In this document: in pieces, positions 46,292 to 57,400 of the stretch
How the letters are laid out: each line of letters starts with the position of its first letter
How positions within the stretch are numbered: position 1 is the stretch's first letter
Assembly: GCA_018650445.1 (NCBI GenBank)
Contig: JABIFX010000160.1
Location: 37,052 to 101,051 of the forward strand
Length of the DNA: 64,000 bases
Direction: 5' to 3'
From: Fidelibacterota bacterium
GTDB lineage: Bacteria; Fidelibacterota; UBA8477; JABMPR01
Made by a program: the position numbers and the translations under genes
Notes under the pieces: generated by a model
Seen by the model: only the letters and a program-made list of their open reading frames with translations
Databases searched by the model: none
What the model was told of the DNA's origin: nothing

Positions 46292-48296
46292 TCTCTTGTC
46301 CCTCTTGAAATGACTGGTTCTCTTCTTTTAATTTCTGCTCAATTTCAGCATGCAACTCAGATAATGCCACATTCCCGATGGCCTGATGATGTATCTGACC
46401 CATGAGCCAGTTGATGTCGTCACCCGGCTCAGGTTTGGAAGTGTTCGCTTGGTATTTTTCGTAAAGGAATGCTATGGAAGCAGTGATTTCAGTCATGTCG
46501 CGTTGCCTGAAATGGATACTGGTGAGAACGGAGCTAAACTGCATATCTGGGAACTCGTATATCACAGGCATCATATATTTGGCAATACCTGGCTCCAGTT
46601 TCTTCTCCTTGATATAGCGAAACAGCTCATAGATCTTTTCATAGAAGAAGTTTTTATGTAACTCACATTTACCCTCAATGTTTTTGAAAGTATGTCCCAG
46701 GAAAGAACCAATAAACTTATGAGTATAGCCATGATCCTTACAAATATTTTCGATAAGGGGAATCATGTTTTTACTCAGGAGGTACTTCCAGGTGTCTTCA
46801 GGGATGCCCCACTTTTTCATCTGTGCATAGCGATCTGCAATATCCAGAGGTAAATCTTTCCCAAGACTCTCGATAAACTCAACTGTTAGTGGGATAGGTG
46901 CAGAATCTGTGTCGGGGTACATACGATCACTTCCAGGGAGAACTCTTTCAAAAATAGTGGTACCATCTGAAAATGATTTCCGCGTTTCTTCAGGGACCCC
47001 TTCAAAAGCCATTCTGACTCTCTCTTCCACAGTTTCCAGGGCAGTTGGGATATCCTCTGCTGGTCCCCAGAGAATGATCTGAGCATCGTTTTTCTTGGCC
47101 CCCAGCCACTTGGATATTTTGCCTAACTCCTTATCGCTCAGGAGGGGGTCAAAACTTTCAGAATGAGTCATGTTGGTTCGTTCAATACAGGCAATCACCT
47201 TCAGGCGATGACCTATCTCATGGGCAAAATTGTGCCCGGGCTGCATGAAGTGAGAAAGAATCCCCCGGAACTTGGGGAGATTTATGGCGATGACTTTCAT
47301 TCTCCGGTTCAGCTTTTCTCTGAGGGGCGTTGCCAGTAGCTCTGGCATGGATAAATCGATTTCCTTATGGCTCATTTTCCATTTGTTGAGCTGAATACTA
47401 CGTTCATGAATGATCTTTTTAATATGTAGAAGTGCCCACTGTCGGAATGCTTCATTATGCGAGAGTTCAGGGATCCATTTGTTGTGGGCGACACCTTTTA
47501 TTTCAACCCGGCTACCACCAGCACAACTCACATTAACATCTTCGCGACCAGCTCCCATCCCAGTACGCACTTTGCCAGTGCTGCGATTCAAAAATCGTAT
47601 GTATTCTGCAGCTTCTGCCAGTTCATCTGGCGTGGTCATATCAGGGTGAGTTACGGTTTCGATGAGAGGCATGCCAAGCCGATCAGTTTTGTAAATTCGC
47701 TCATGCCCAATATCAGATATTTCACGACAGGAATCCTCTTCAATACTGAGTTGAATCAGACGTACTTTCTTGTTTTTAAGTTGAATCTCACCCTCAACAC
47801 CAAGAATGGCTGTCCTTTGGAAACCGGTTGGGATACTACCATCCAGGTATTGTTTGCGGGTGATGTGAACTTCACCGACGATATTCAACTTGGAGAGCAG
47901 TGATATTTTAATAGCAATCTCCAAGGCTTCCGGATCAATGTGAAAAGGGGGAGTATCATCGACTTCGTAGGTGCAGGCGTTCTGATTATTGAGTCGATAG
48001 GTGATGTTTTTACGCGTCTTGAATTCCATGAGGGCCGTACCATCATATTCACCCAGCTCGCTCAATGTGGGACGCATATGACGGATGACTTCAGCGTCAA
48101 ATTCATCATCAGAATGATAGATACCTGCCGGGCAACGACAAAACAGTTTGCTTTTAGTTTTTAGCTGCTGATGGACTTCCAGTCCTGATTTGAAGCCAAT
48201 CCTTTTATAATCTTTAGCACTGGCTTTATGGCGCTCCACATAACCGATAGCTTTGCGGGTCGTCTTGTAATTTTTGTATGCTTCAGCTTGTTTCAT
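46284..48296 (-). CDS. gatE: archaeal-type Glu-tRNA(Gln) amidotransferase subunit E
   Basis: GLEVHQQLKTKSKLFCRCP cradle start. A GatE-specific insertion ends in GVPEETRKSFSDGTTIFERVLPGSDRMYPDTDSAPIP. A C-terminal helical tail reads INWLMGQI. About 670 aa, against about 480 for GatB. ATG 48296 is preferred to TTG 48305. ATGAGTGA overlap with gatD. Confidence 0.85.
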   Translation of the reverse strand: MKQAEAYKNYKTTRKAIGYVERHKASAKDYKRIGFKSGLEVHQQLKTKSKLFCRCPAGIYHSDDEFDAEVIRHMRPTLSELGEYDGTALMEFKTRKNITYRLNNQNACTYEVDDTPPFHIDPEALEIAIKISLLSKLNIVGEVHITRKQYLDGSIPTGFQRTAILGVEGEIQLKNKKVRLIQLSIEEDSCREISDIGHERIYKTDRLGMPLIETVTHPDMTTPDELAEAAEYIRFLNRSTGKVRTGMGAGREDVNVSCAGGSRVEIKGVAHNKWIPELSHNEAFRQWALLHIKKIIHERSIQLNKWKMSHKEIDLSMPELLATPLREKLNRRMKVIAINLPKFRGILSHFMQPGHNFAHEIGHRLKVIACIERTNMTHSESFDPLLSDKELGKISKWLGAKKNDAQIILWGPAEDIPTALETVEERVRMAFEGVPEETRKSFSDGTTIFERVLPGSDRMYPDTDSAPIPLTVEFIESLGKDLPLDIADRYAQMKKWGIPEDTWKYLLSKNMIPLIENICKDHGYTHKFIGSFLGHTFKNIEGKCELHKNFFYEKIYELFRYIKEKKLEPGIAKYMMPVIYEFPDMQFSSVLTSIHFRQRDMTEITASIAFLYEKYQANTSKPEPGDDINWLMGQIHHQAIGNVALSELHAEIEQKLKEENQSFQEGQENE

Positions 48297-48531
48297 CTTC
48301 ACCAATTATTTCATTACAGAACTCAACAAGGAGTGTTATTAATATTGTATCAATCAAAGCATGGATAATGCCAGTCGGTCACTTTATAAGAATTGAAACA
48401 AGATAAGGTATCAGAGCATAAGTGCAATTTGAGTTATGGTAATTGAGATTAACCGATGCATCCAATTCTATTAGGTCTATCTTATTTAGCGTTAACAGTA
48501 ACAATTAATCAATAATAATTGAGAAACCCAA

Positions 48532-51500
48532 ATGACCGATCTAGAGCATACTGAATCGCCATCAAACTATAACCTCAGATTTATCAGTCTCATCATATTA
48601 ACGCTTTTTTTGTGCTCTGGAATGACCGGTTTATTATACGAAGTCATCTGGTCCAGGATGATTGTCAAAGTAATTGGAGCCGCTCCCTTTGCCATCAGTA
48701 TTGTGCTCACCGTCTTCATGGGAGGCTTGGGATTGGGGAGTTACCTGGCAGGAAGATATATTGACCGGATTCAAAAATCCTCACAACTTCTCCAATTATA
48801 TGGTCTGCTGGAAATAGGTATAGGACTTTATGCCTTCATCCTTCCAGGCGTAATTGGAGCAAGTCAGTCATTTTTTAGCACCATCTACAATCAATCTTCA
48901 GGTCACTTACTATTATTCAACACCTTTATCATGCTGGGAGCTTTTGTCCTCTTCATAATCCCCGTGACCCTCATGGGCGCCACCCTGCCAATTCTAATTC
49001 GATTTTATGTGGCGAATCTTGGTCATCTCGGTGCCCGGGTTGGTCGGTTATATGCCATCAATACAATTGGAGCTGCGCTTGGCTCCGTTTTGAGTGGCTT
49101 CTTTTTAATCAAATTGTGGGGAGTTGACGGTACACTAAGATTTGCAGTTGTTATGAACTTTCTGATTGGGGGGATCTCATTTTTTGTAGCCAATCAGATT
49201 GCCAAACGATCAATTTTGAGTGAGAATGATACCGTAGATACAGAACAGGTCGCTGGTGTTTCTGAAATAGATAGCGGTATTCATTATTCCCACTCACATC
49301 AGGTAGCCGCCCTCATAATTTTCGCCGTGTCAGGTTTTGCCGCCATGGCCTATGAAGTGATCTGGACCAGATTGCTGGGTCTAATTATTGGGCCAACGAC
49401 TTATTCATTCACGATTGTACTTACTACCTTCATTGTGGGTCTAGCTCTGGGAGCGATGTTCTTTGGATGGTTAGCTGACCGAAGCAAGCATCCTTTCCGA
49501 CTCCTTCTCATTACCCAGGTGAGTGCAGCCATTCTTGCTCTCATCGTGAGTCAATTCCTGGGGAACAGTCAACTTTTCTTCGCCAAGCTGATCTATAGTT
49601 TCAAAGATGATTTCATTATGCTCTCGATTGCCAAAGCCATGCTACTGTTTCTTGTGTTGCTGGGACCTACCATTGCATTGGGGGCTACGTTTCCACTGGT
49701 AGGTAAGATCTACACCAGCTCTATAAAACAGTTGGGGAAATCTATTGGATTTGCATATGCAATTAACACGATTGGGGCATTACTGGGATCCTTTTCGGCC
49801 GGTTTTATTCTGATCCCCCTGCTCGGGAAAGAGACCAGCCTGAGTCTGGTAATAGGCATCCAGCTTGTTACCGTGCTCATTGTTGTTGGATTTCTTAACC
49901 CGGAGAAGGCTAAATTAAGAAATAGACTTTTTGTTGGAATCTGTTTCCTGGGATTGCTGCTCACGCTTTTACTCCCAAACTGGGATAGACAACAACTGGC
50001 GACAGGCAAATACTATCGATTCAGCAATCTTGCTGACTTGTTTGATAGAACAAGCTGGTGGGATATTCTGGTTAAACATCCCCGGGAATTTCTACCAAAT
50101 TCCAGCGGAACAGAGGTCGTGTTTTATGGGGATGGTGTTGGTGGATTTACCACCGTGGAGAAAGACATCGATCCCTTTGGCAAAACGCAATACATTCTGT
50201 ATAACAGCGGTAAAGCGGATGCGTCAACTGAGTCAGATATGGCAACACAAACTCTTTTAACTCATTTGCCTTTATTGTTTCACCCTGAACCAAAAAGTAT
50301 GATGATTCTAGGTCTAGCCAGTGGGGTCACCGCAGGGGAAGCCCTATACTATGATCTTGATCAACTGGATATTCTTGAAATCAGTGAACAGGTAGTCGAA
50401 GCCAGTCATTTCTTTAGCGAATCAAATAGTGATGTTCTCTCGCACCCCACAACCAATGTGATTATTCAAGACGGTCGTGCCCATCTCGAATTGAGTGATC
50501 AATCATATGATGTTATTACATCGGAACCATCAAATCCATGGATGGCCGGTTTGGCGAATTTATTTACCGAAGAGTTTTTCAAATTGGTTAAAAACAGATT
50601 GAACTGGGATGGAGTTTTTGTTCAGTGGTTACCATCCTATCAGATGGATTGGACGACTTTTTCAATGGTGGGGAGAACTTTTGCAAAGGTCTTTCCAAAT
50701 AGCCTGTTGATGAAATCGACTATTGGGGGCAATGACTATTTATTGCTTGGGTTTAAGGGTCTTGAGCAGCTATCCCTTAAAAATGCCATCAAAAATTTGC
50801 CGCAGCTTCAAAAATCACCAAATCTGATTGTGGAAGATCCCCGGTTATTGTACCGCCTTATTGTGAGTGACAATCTACCGGCACTTTTTGGGTCAGGTCC
50901 AGGACATTCTGATAATTACCCCGTTCTCGAATTTCTGGCACCCCAACGCATGCATCTGGTTGAAGATACTGTAGAGAAAACGCTTGCTGCAAGACGAACA
51001 CTTAGCGATGAGATTATTGATGTCATGCGAGAGATCCTGGATGTTGAAGGACAGATTAATTTCGCACGTTTTGTGCTTTCGGTATATTCGCCGTTCCTGG
51101 AGATGGTCGATCTCTCAAAAGCAACAGAGGAACAGGAGGCTCAATACATTGAGATGTTGCTGGATTATAGCAAAAACAATATTATTGAATCTTACGAAAT
51201 ATTTGAGGAAGCGGCACTTAAGGATACCGCCCTTCAAATACAAATAGAGGTACTCAAGGAGAAATTACCTGAGCTTCCCAATCGGTTAAACTCCAGTATC
51301 TTACTAGCAAACGCTTATGCCCAACAGGGTGATTTTAATGAAGCCATCAAATATTGTCAGCTTGTCGTCGAATTAGGCGACGATCCCATAGAAGCGAACC
51401 TCAATTTGGGGTTGTTCTGTATGAATGCAAATCGCAATGAAGAAGCTATCATCGCATATGAAGAAGTGTTAAACCTGGAGCCTCAAAACAGTCAAGCCCA

Positions 51501-52245
51501 CAATAACTTAGGGACACTTTTCGAGCAGGCCGGCCAGCTAAAACGTGCACAATCTTTTTATGAAAAAGCCATTCAAATCGATCCAGACCTGGCCATGTCT
51601 CACTTCAACCTGGCTCGTCTATATGTTGGGGATGGTAGACTGGATTCTGCCCTGATGTCTTATCAGAAAACAATTCAATTGGATCCGGAATACGTACCGG
51701 CCTATTATCGAATTAGCCAGCTTTATCAGATGACAGGAGATATTGACAAGGCTATTGCAACTCTGGAAAAGCTTATCAAAATTCGACCTGATTTACAAGA
51801 AGCCCAGTTTGAATTAAAGAGACTTGCCATGCCGAAGGATCAACCAAAAGTTTCGGTTCAGATGCCTCCACGTACCGCAGAATCAGATAAAAGTACCGAT
51901 CCAAGATACTACTATAATCAGGCTATCATGCTGATCCAGAAGGAGAAATATAAAGAAGCGATTGTAGATTTTGAGAAGGCGATTTCCCTGAAGCCAGATT
52001 ACTTGAATGCGCTTATTGGTCTGGGAGCCATGTATCAGAATCTACGCGACTACCAGGCAGCCATCAAAACTTACAATAAAGCGCTGGCTATTGATCCAAA
52101 TCATAGCGGAACCCACAATAACATGGCTATTAATTATTATTCGATCCGACAATATAAACTGGCTATTGAGCATATAGATAAGGCCCAAACATTGGGTTAT
52201 AAAGTGCAGCAGGCCTTTTTAGATGAATTGTCACAATATCGATAG
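48532..52245 (+). CDS. fused polytopic membrane domain / spermidine-synthase-like domain / TPR-repeat protein
   Basis: About 14 TM helices in two blocks. A spermidine-synthase-like core (ILGLASGVTAGE, DVITSEPSNPWMAG). At least 8 TPR units at the C-terminus (AYYRISQLYQMTGDIDKAI...). Confidence 0.8.
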   Translation: MTDLEHTESPSNYNLRFISLIILTLFLCSGMTGLLYEVIWSRMIVKVIGAAPFAISIVLTVFMGGLGLGSYLAGRYIDRIQKSSQLLQLYGLLEIGIGLYAFILPGVIGASQSFFSTIYNQSSGHLLLFNTFIMLGAFVLFIIPVTLMGATLPILIRFYVANLGHLGARVGRLYAINTIGAALGSVLSGFFLIKLWGVDGTLRFAVVMNFLIGGISFFVANQIAKRSILSENDTVDTEQVAGVSEIDSGIHYSHSHQVAALIIFAVSGFAAMAYEVIWTRLLGLIIGPTTYSFTIVLTTFIVGLALGAMFFGWLADRSKHPFRLLLITQVSAAILALIVSQFLGNSQLFFAKLIYSFKDDFIMLSIAKAMLLFLVLLGPTIALGATFPLVGKIYTSSIKQLGKSIGFAYAINTIGALLGSFSAGFILIPLLGKETSLSLVIGIQLVTVLIVVGFLNPEKAKLRNRLFVGICFLGLLLTLLLPNWDRQQLATGKYYRFSNLADLFDRTSWWDILVKHPREFLPNSSGTEVVFYGDGVGGFTTVEKDIDPFGKTQYILYNSGKADASTESDMATQTLLTHLPLLFHPEPKSMMILGLASGVTAGEALYYDLDQLDILEISEQVVEASHFFSESNSDVLSHPTTNVIIQDGRAHLELSDQSYDVITSEPSNPWMAGLANLFTEEFFKLVKNRLNWDGVFVQWLPSYQMDWTTFSMVGRTFAKVFPNSLLMKSTIGGNDYLLLGFKGLEQLSLKNAIKNLPQLQKSPNLIVEDPRLLYRLIVSDNLPALFGSGPGHSDNYPVLEFLAPQRMHLVEDTVEKTLAARRTLSDEIIDVMREILDVEGQINFARFVLSVYSPFLEMVDLSKATEEQEAQYIEMLLDYSKNNIIESYEIFEEAALKDTALQIQIEVLKEKLPELPNRLNSSILLANAYAQQGDFNEAIKYCQLVVELGDDPIEANLNLGLFCMNANRNEEAIIAYEEVLNLEPQNSQAHNNLGTLFEQAGQLKRAQSFYEKAIQIDPDLAMSHFNLARLYVGDGRLDSALMSYQKTIQLDPEYVPAYYRISQLYQMTGDIDKAIATLEKLIKIRPDLQEAQFELKRLAMPKDQPKVSVQMPPRTAESDKSTDPRYYYNQAIMLIQKEKYKEAIVDFEKAISLKPDYLNALIGLGAMYQNLRDYQAAIKTYNKALAIDPNHSGTHNNMAINYYSIRQYKLAIEHIDKAQTLGYKVQQAFLDELSQYR

Positions 52246-52531
52246 ATTGTAACAACTTTTTTCAATCCTTAACAATTCTCCTTGCTATCGAAAGGATATC
52301 GCTGGTCAGAATTCGTTTGCGATATTAAATCAGCTCGACAGGTTCATCCTGAAAATAGTCATATAAATCAATTGCTTGGTATTCCGTGTTGGTCAACTGG
52401 AAGTGGGGGAAGGCATCGCCAACACCAGGCGATTTAATTGAAATATCCTCATCAGGAAATGTATTCTACGCGACAGTTCTCACAAGAAGTGGGTTCTAGC
52501 TTGATACTGCAAAAAGTATAAATATTTAGTA

Positions 52532-54121
52532 TTACGAATTTAGATAAACAAATTTACCGGCATAAACTCTATTGCCGGATTTTACTGAAATGATCATGAG
52601 CTGACTTGCCAGACCCAGACGGGAGGGGATGGATATTTTAATGATTCGTCTGGATTCCTGAGTCATGCTCAGAGCCGCAACTTCCCTTCCCTGAATATCA
52701 TAGAGAATGGCCAGTTCGGGCAGCGCAGAGACTGGATCTGAGAGTATCATGCGGATCTCTCCAGCTTGTCCTGGATTTGGGTAAACCAGACAATGCTTAG
52801 AGTTATCAGCTTTCCACTTGGGAAAAAGACTTGTTAGATCAGGGATACCCCAGCCATATGAATTGTCGGGACTAGATGCCTGATCCCCATGGTTCTGAAA
52901 AATAGAAATAACTGAATCAGGGGATAGGTGCGGCTGGGCTTGGAGCAGCAGGGCCGCCAGTCCTGCAATTTGCGGAGCCGAAAAGGAAGTTCCATTTCCT
53001 CTAATATACCCATTCGTTCCAGAAGCCATGTAGACCAGACTACCCTGAGCAACTACATTGGGTTTGATGCGCCCATCATAGGTTGGTCCACGACCGGAAA
53101 AATTTGAGATTTCTTGCTGGGAATTAACAGAGCCAACTGACAATACATGGGGACTGTCAGAAGGTGGCCAGATGCTACTGGCAGCGGAGCCTTCATTCCC
53201 GGCTGAATTCACAACCAGAATACCCCGTGCAGCAGCAATATTGGCTGCCCGGGCACTAATGGTGGTCTGTCCATCCAAAGCTGATATTGGATAATCCTCA
53301 TTGGGGTCATCAAAACCCTGAAAGTAACTTAGGGAGCTGTTAATGATATCTACACCCAGTGAATCAGCCCATTCCATAGCCGCCACCCAATTGTCCTCCT
53401 CAGCCCGTGATTCACTGTATGTATCCTCGGTTCGAGCAAGGAGATAGCTGGCTTTATAGGCAGGACCGATTAACTCTCCGGGATAATGGCCACCCAGGGC
53501 ACTGAGGACATTGATTCCGTGTCCATCTCCTGGTCCTGAGGCATCGACCTCCTGATCGATAAAATCATATTGGGCTTCAACATCAATTCCCTCGAAAGCG
53601 GGATGATCGGTGAGGAATCCCGTATCAAATACACCGATAAGAACACCGGACCCATCATAGCCTAGATCGTGGATCTGGGGAATATTCAACATCTCGTTTT
53701 GACCAGCAGATGCTCCATAGGACAGGGCAGATCCTCGTGGAAGTGAAGTGGTCTGAAAAGTTTCTTCATCTCTTTCGGCAGGAGAACGACGGACGGGAGC
53801 GGTTGATTTTACAAAAGTAAAGTTTTCTAGTGCTGAGAGCTGAACATCATTTTCAATGCTCACACTCACTGCATTGAGGAATCGTGAGGCGTGTCTGATT
53901 CGATACCCTGCAGCTCGTAATTGTGCCAGTTGAGATTCTGAGACAGCCATATTTCCTGAAGCATTTGGTGAGCCACGTTGCCGAAGTCTCTCGATTGCAC
54001 GCGGGGTCAATTGCACCGGTGTGGAGCTGGGGTCGGACTCAAGAAAAACCCACAGAGGTGTTTCACCAGCACTTAATGTACTGACGATGAAAAAGAGTAG
54101 AATGAAGCGTTTGAACAACAT
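52532..54121 (-). CDS. S8 (subtilisin-like) serine protease with T9SS-type C-terminal domain
   Basis: Triad contexts GVFDTGF, DGHGINV and GNGTSFSAPQ. The C-terminus reads CLVYPNPGQ...YDIQGREV...GKFVYLNS. Confidence 0.85.
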   Translation of the reverse strand: MLFKRFILLFFIVSTLSAGETPLWVFLESDPSSTPVQLTPRAIERLRQRGSPNASGNMAVSESQLAQLRAAGYRIRHASRFLNAVSVSIENDVQLSALENFTFVKSTAPVRRSPAERDEETFQTTSLPRGSALSYGASAGQNEMLNIPQIHDLGYDGSGVLIGVFDTGFLTDHPAFEGIDVEAQYDFIDQEVDASGPGDGHGINVLSALGGHYPGELIGPAYKASYLLARTEDTYSESRAEEDNWVAAMEWADSLGVDIINSSLSYFQGFDDPNEDYPISALDGQTTISARAANIAAARGILVVNSAGNEGSAASSIWPPSDSPHVLSVGSVNSQQEISNFSGRGPTYDGRIKPNVVAQGSLVYMASGTNGYIRGNGTSFSAPQIAGLAALLLQAQPHLSPDSVISIFQNHGDQASSPDNSYGWGIPDLTSLFPKWKADNSKHCLVYPNPGQAGEIRMILSDPVSALPELAILYDIQGREVAALSMTQESRRIIKISIPSRLGLASQLMIISVKSGNRVYAGKFVYLNS

Positions 54122-54493
54122 GGCCTAAAACTACAAGAAGATAGAGGTTTAAGAACATATCTTTTGTTTTAATGGAAAATCGAAACTCTTGGAAAAAATG
54201 GTCCTGGCCTGTATTCACTTATTCAGTTGTATTGTTGGAGAAGCAATATGTTGTCTCCAATATCCGACATTACTCAGAACTGAGCAATATTTAATTAACA
54301 AATAAGGTTGCCAGACCTGTGTTGATCGTGTACATAAAGACAGTATAAACAATAGCATGTGAAATATCACTGCTGCTGGCACGACCTTTGACATAAATTA
54401 CAGAAATAATAAGAAGATCGATTTACCATATTAAATTGATTTGCTGGAACCGAGCTATTATAATTTGAGGAAATATTGTCGAGGAGCTTTGCC

Positions 54494-57400
54494 ATGAACA
54501 ATACCATATGTAAAACCATATTTCTGTTGATGATTCCAGCTATTCTTTTTTCTGAGAATATCTATAATCCAGCCACGTCAAAACTCTCTTTTAATCTCCA
54601 AAAAGTGGTTGAAGAGCAAAGCTCAAGGGAATTTCAGTTCTCTGAAGCATCTCCCTTAAAAGCCAGGACAGTAAAAGGTCCTTCCCAGGAAGTCTTATAT
54701 CCTGTCACTATTCGAAGCACGGATATTGAGGCGATCAAAGTTGCCGGTATAAGAACCAATTCTGATTATCCCGGTTTTTCGACGGCTCGAGTCACCAAGG
54801 ACCAACTGTTATTATTATCTGAGTTGGATGCAGTAACTAGTGTTTTTCAGGGGGATTTGCTTTATGCTCTGAATGATCTGGCAGTAAGCCACTCCGGAGC
54901 CGGTTTAGTCCATGATGCCTATTTGGGCAGCACAGCCTATGATGGTACCGATGTGATTGTCCTGGTAATCGATACAGGTATTGACTGGTCTCACTTGGAT
55001 TTCCGTGATCCAGACACCCCCACGACTAGTCGTATACTAAGGATTTGGGATCAGACCATAGATTCGACCAGCACCAGTGATTATTCACCCGCAAGACGAG
55101 ACGTGAGTAACTTTCCTGGGCTGACCTACGGAGTTGAATATTTGCAGACGGACATCAATGATGAAATAGATGGTAGCGCTGCAGGATTTGTTCGTACTGA
55201 AGACTCAAATGGCCATGGAACAGAAGTAGCCAGTGGGGCTGTCGGAAATGGTGCGTCACTTTCCAGTAAAAAATACAAAGGTATGGCACCTGATGCAGAT
55301 ATTGTAGTTGTGAGGGCTGGCCAGAGTGCAAGTTTTGAAGATGCGAAGGTCAAAGACGCCCTGACTTATGCCCAAAAGATTGCATCTTATTATTCAAAGC
55401 CCGTCGTGGTGAATTTAAGCCTGGGAAGCCAGAGCAATGCCCATGATGGTACCAGTACGCTTGATGCGGCAGTTAACACTTTTACTTCTTCTGGTAATGG
55501 CAGAGTTGCGGTGATTGCAGCTGGAAACGCGGGCAACGAATTGATACATAAAACTGGTACCATCAATCCATCGTCGATGGGGAGCATTGTTGTAAATGTA
55601 CCATCGTTTTATCCAATCAATGGAAAGGGTAATGATGCCTTTTTTATGGAGGTCTGGTTGAGCCATGGAGGAGATGCTACATTTACGATGGTTACCCCCG
55701 GTCTCCAAGGTGTTCAACGTACCGCTGGCCAGGACCCGGAAGGAGCTTCAGCTGCTACAAGTGGTGCGGTTCAGATGAATAACATCATCGATTCAGATCA
55801 TACTAACGGAGATCGGATGAGCGAAATTGTTGTCTTTGATTATGTGACTGCTGGTGGAGATACAGTCCAAGTAGCTGAAGGCAATTGGACATTGCAAATA
55901 ACCAACAATTCAGACGCTACTTTCACCTATCATGCCTGGATGTACCAAAGTACGATGGGAGCAACATTGACAGGGGGTGATCATAATTCCACAATTGCAT
56001 CTCCAGGAACAGCCAGCTCAGCCATTACCGTTGGAGCATATACAGCCAGATGGCGCTGGAATAAATCTTCTGGTGCCGTTAGCTCTTTTGGGTCCCCTGA
56101 CGAATCTGATGATTATTCTTATTTTAGTAGCGTTGGACCCACGCGAGAGGGAGACGTGCGAAAACCAGATATTATGACCCCAGGTCAAGGAGTCATAACT
56201 ACTACTTCTACTGACTATACACCATATGCTCAATACGAAATTATTGCCGACAAATATCATGTCGAACAAGGCACCAGTGTGGCTGCAGGATCAGTTTCCG
56301 GAGCAGTAGCCTTGCTTCTCGATTATAATTCTTCCCTGTCTGCTGCAGATGTGAAGACCCTGCTAAGAGAGAATGCTGATAGTGATACTTACACAGGTAC
56401 TGTGCCCAATGATGAATGGGGCTATGGAAAATTGAATATTTTCGAATCCTTGGCTAAAGAGATCAATACTTCCACCACTATTCACCATGATGTTTACATT
56501 TATGACTCTTGGAATACCCTGGGTGCTACTTCATTCGCTGACACCTATAAGGAAGCAGTAAGGTTCACCCCCACTACTCAAGGAGATGTATCAGGAGCAT
56601 TCTTTCATACCCACACAGCAGTGGGATCCAGTGGATCAATTTCATTTGAAATCTGGTCAGATTATCAAGGAGGTCCGAGTGTTAAGCAAGGTTCCACAGT
56701 AACACTTAGTGTAACCGATATTGGCAAATATTCCTGGAATTATGTATCTTTGGTAGACGCGGGAGTTCGCGTTCAAGCATCGACAGACTATCATCTTGTC
56801 ATCGACAATACTTCAGGTGCACCTTTCTCATTATTAAAAGAAACAACCTCTGAAATTGATTTGAGATCCACCGGGTGGCATGGGGGGCCAACATGGGGGG
56901 CGTTTGACGAATTTGATTGGTTGATAAGACCCGTAGTGGCCACCAACGAGGCAGATACGGATTACTCACTTCCGGTTGAGCTGGCTTTTTTCAACGCAGG
57001 CGCTTATAAGGGTCAAATGGTTCTTAAGTGGGCCACCGAAAGTGAAACTGAGAATCTGGGCTTTCAGATTGACCGTCGCAAGAGCGGTACTGAGGACTGG
57101 AAACTCATTGCCGATCATACCAAGAACCCCAAACTTGAGGGACAAGGCAACTCAACCTCCAGGACGGACTATATCTATTATGACAAAACTGCCAAACCTG
57201 GTGTTAGCTATGACTATCGCCTCACTGATATCCCCTATACTGATACCTATACACCCAGTTCAATTGTTCTGGAAGATATCAAGTTTCGGATAGAAAAGTT
57301 CGCCCTCCATAAGAATTTCCCCAACCCCTTTAATCCTGCCACAACCATTGGCTATGAGTTGGCAAAGAACTCAGCTGTTCAGATTAAAATTGTGGATGTG

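Noticed and set aside
54203-54382. A 59-codon minus-strand ORF (MSKVVPAAVIFHMLLFILSLCTRS...) in the spacer between the two S8 protease genes.
   Set aside because: It is below the ORF-track threshold, has no RBS that I could see and no recognisable motif, and lies in AT-rich promoter-like DNA. It is probably spurious.
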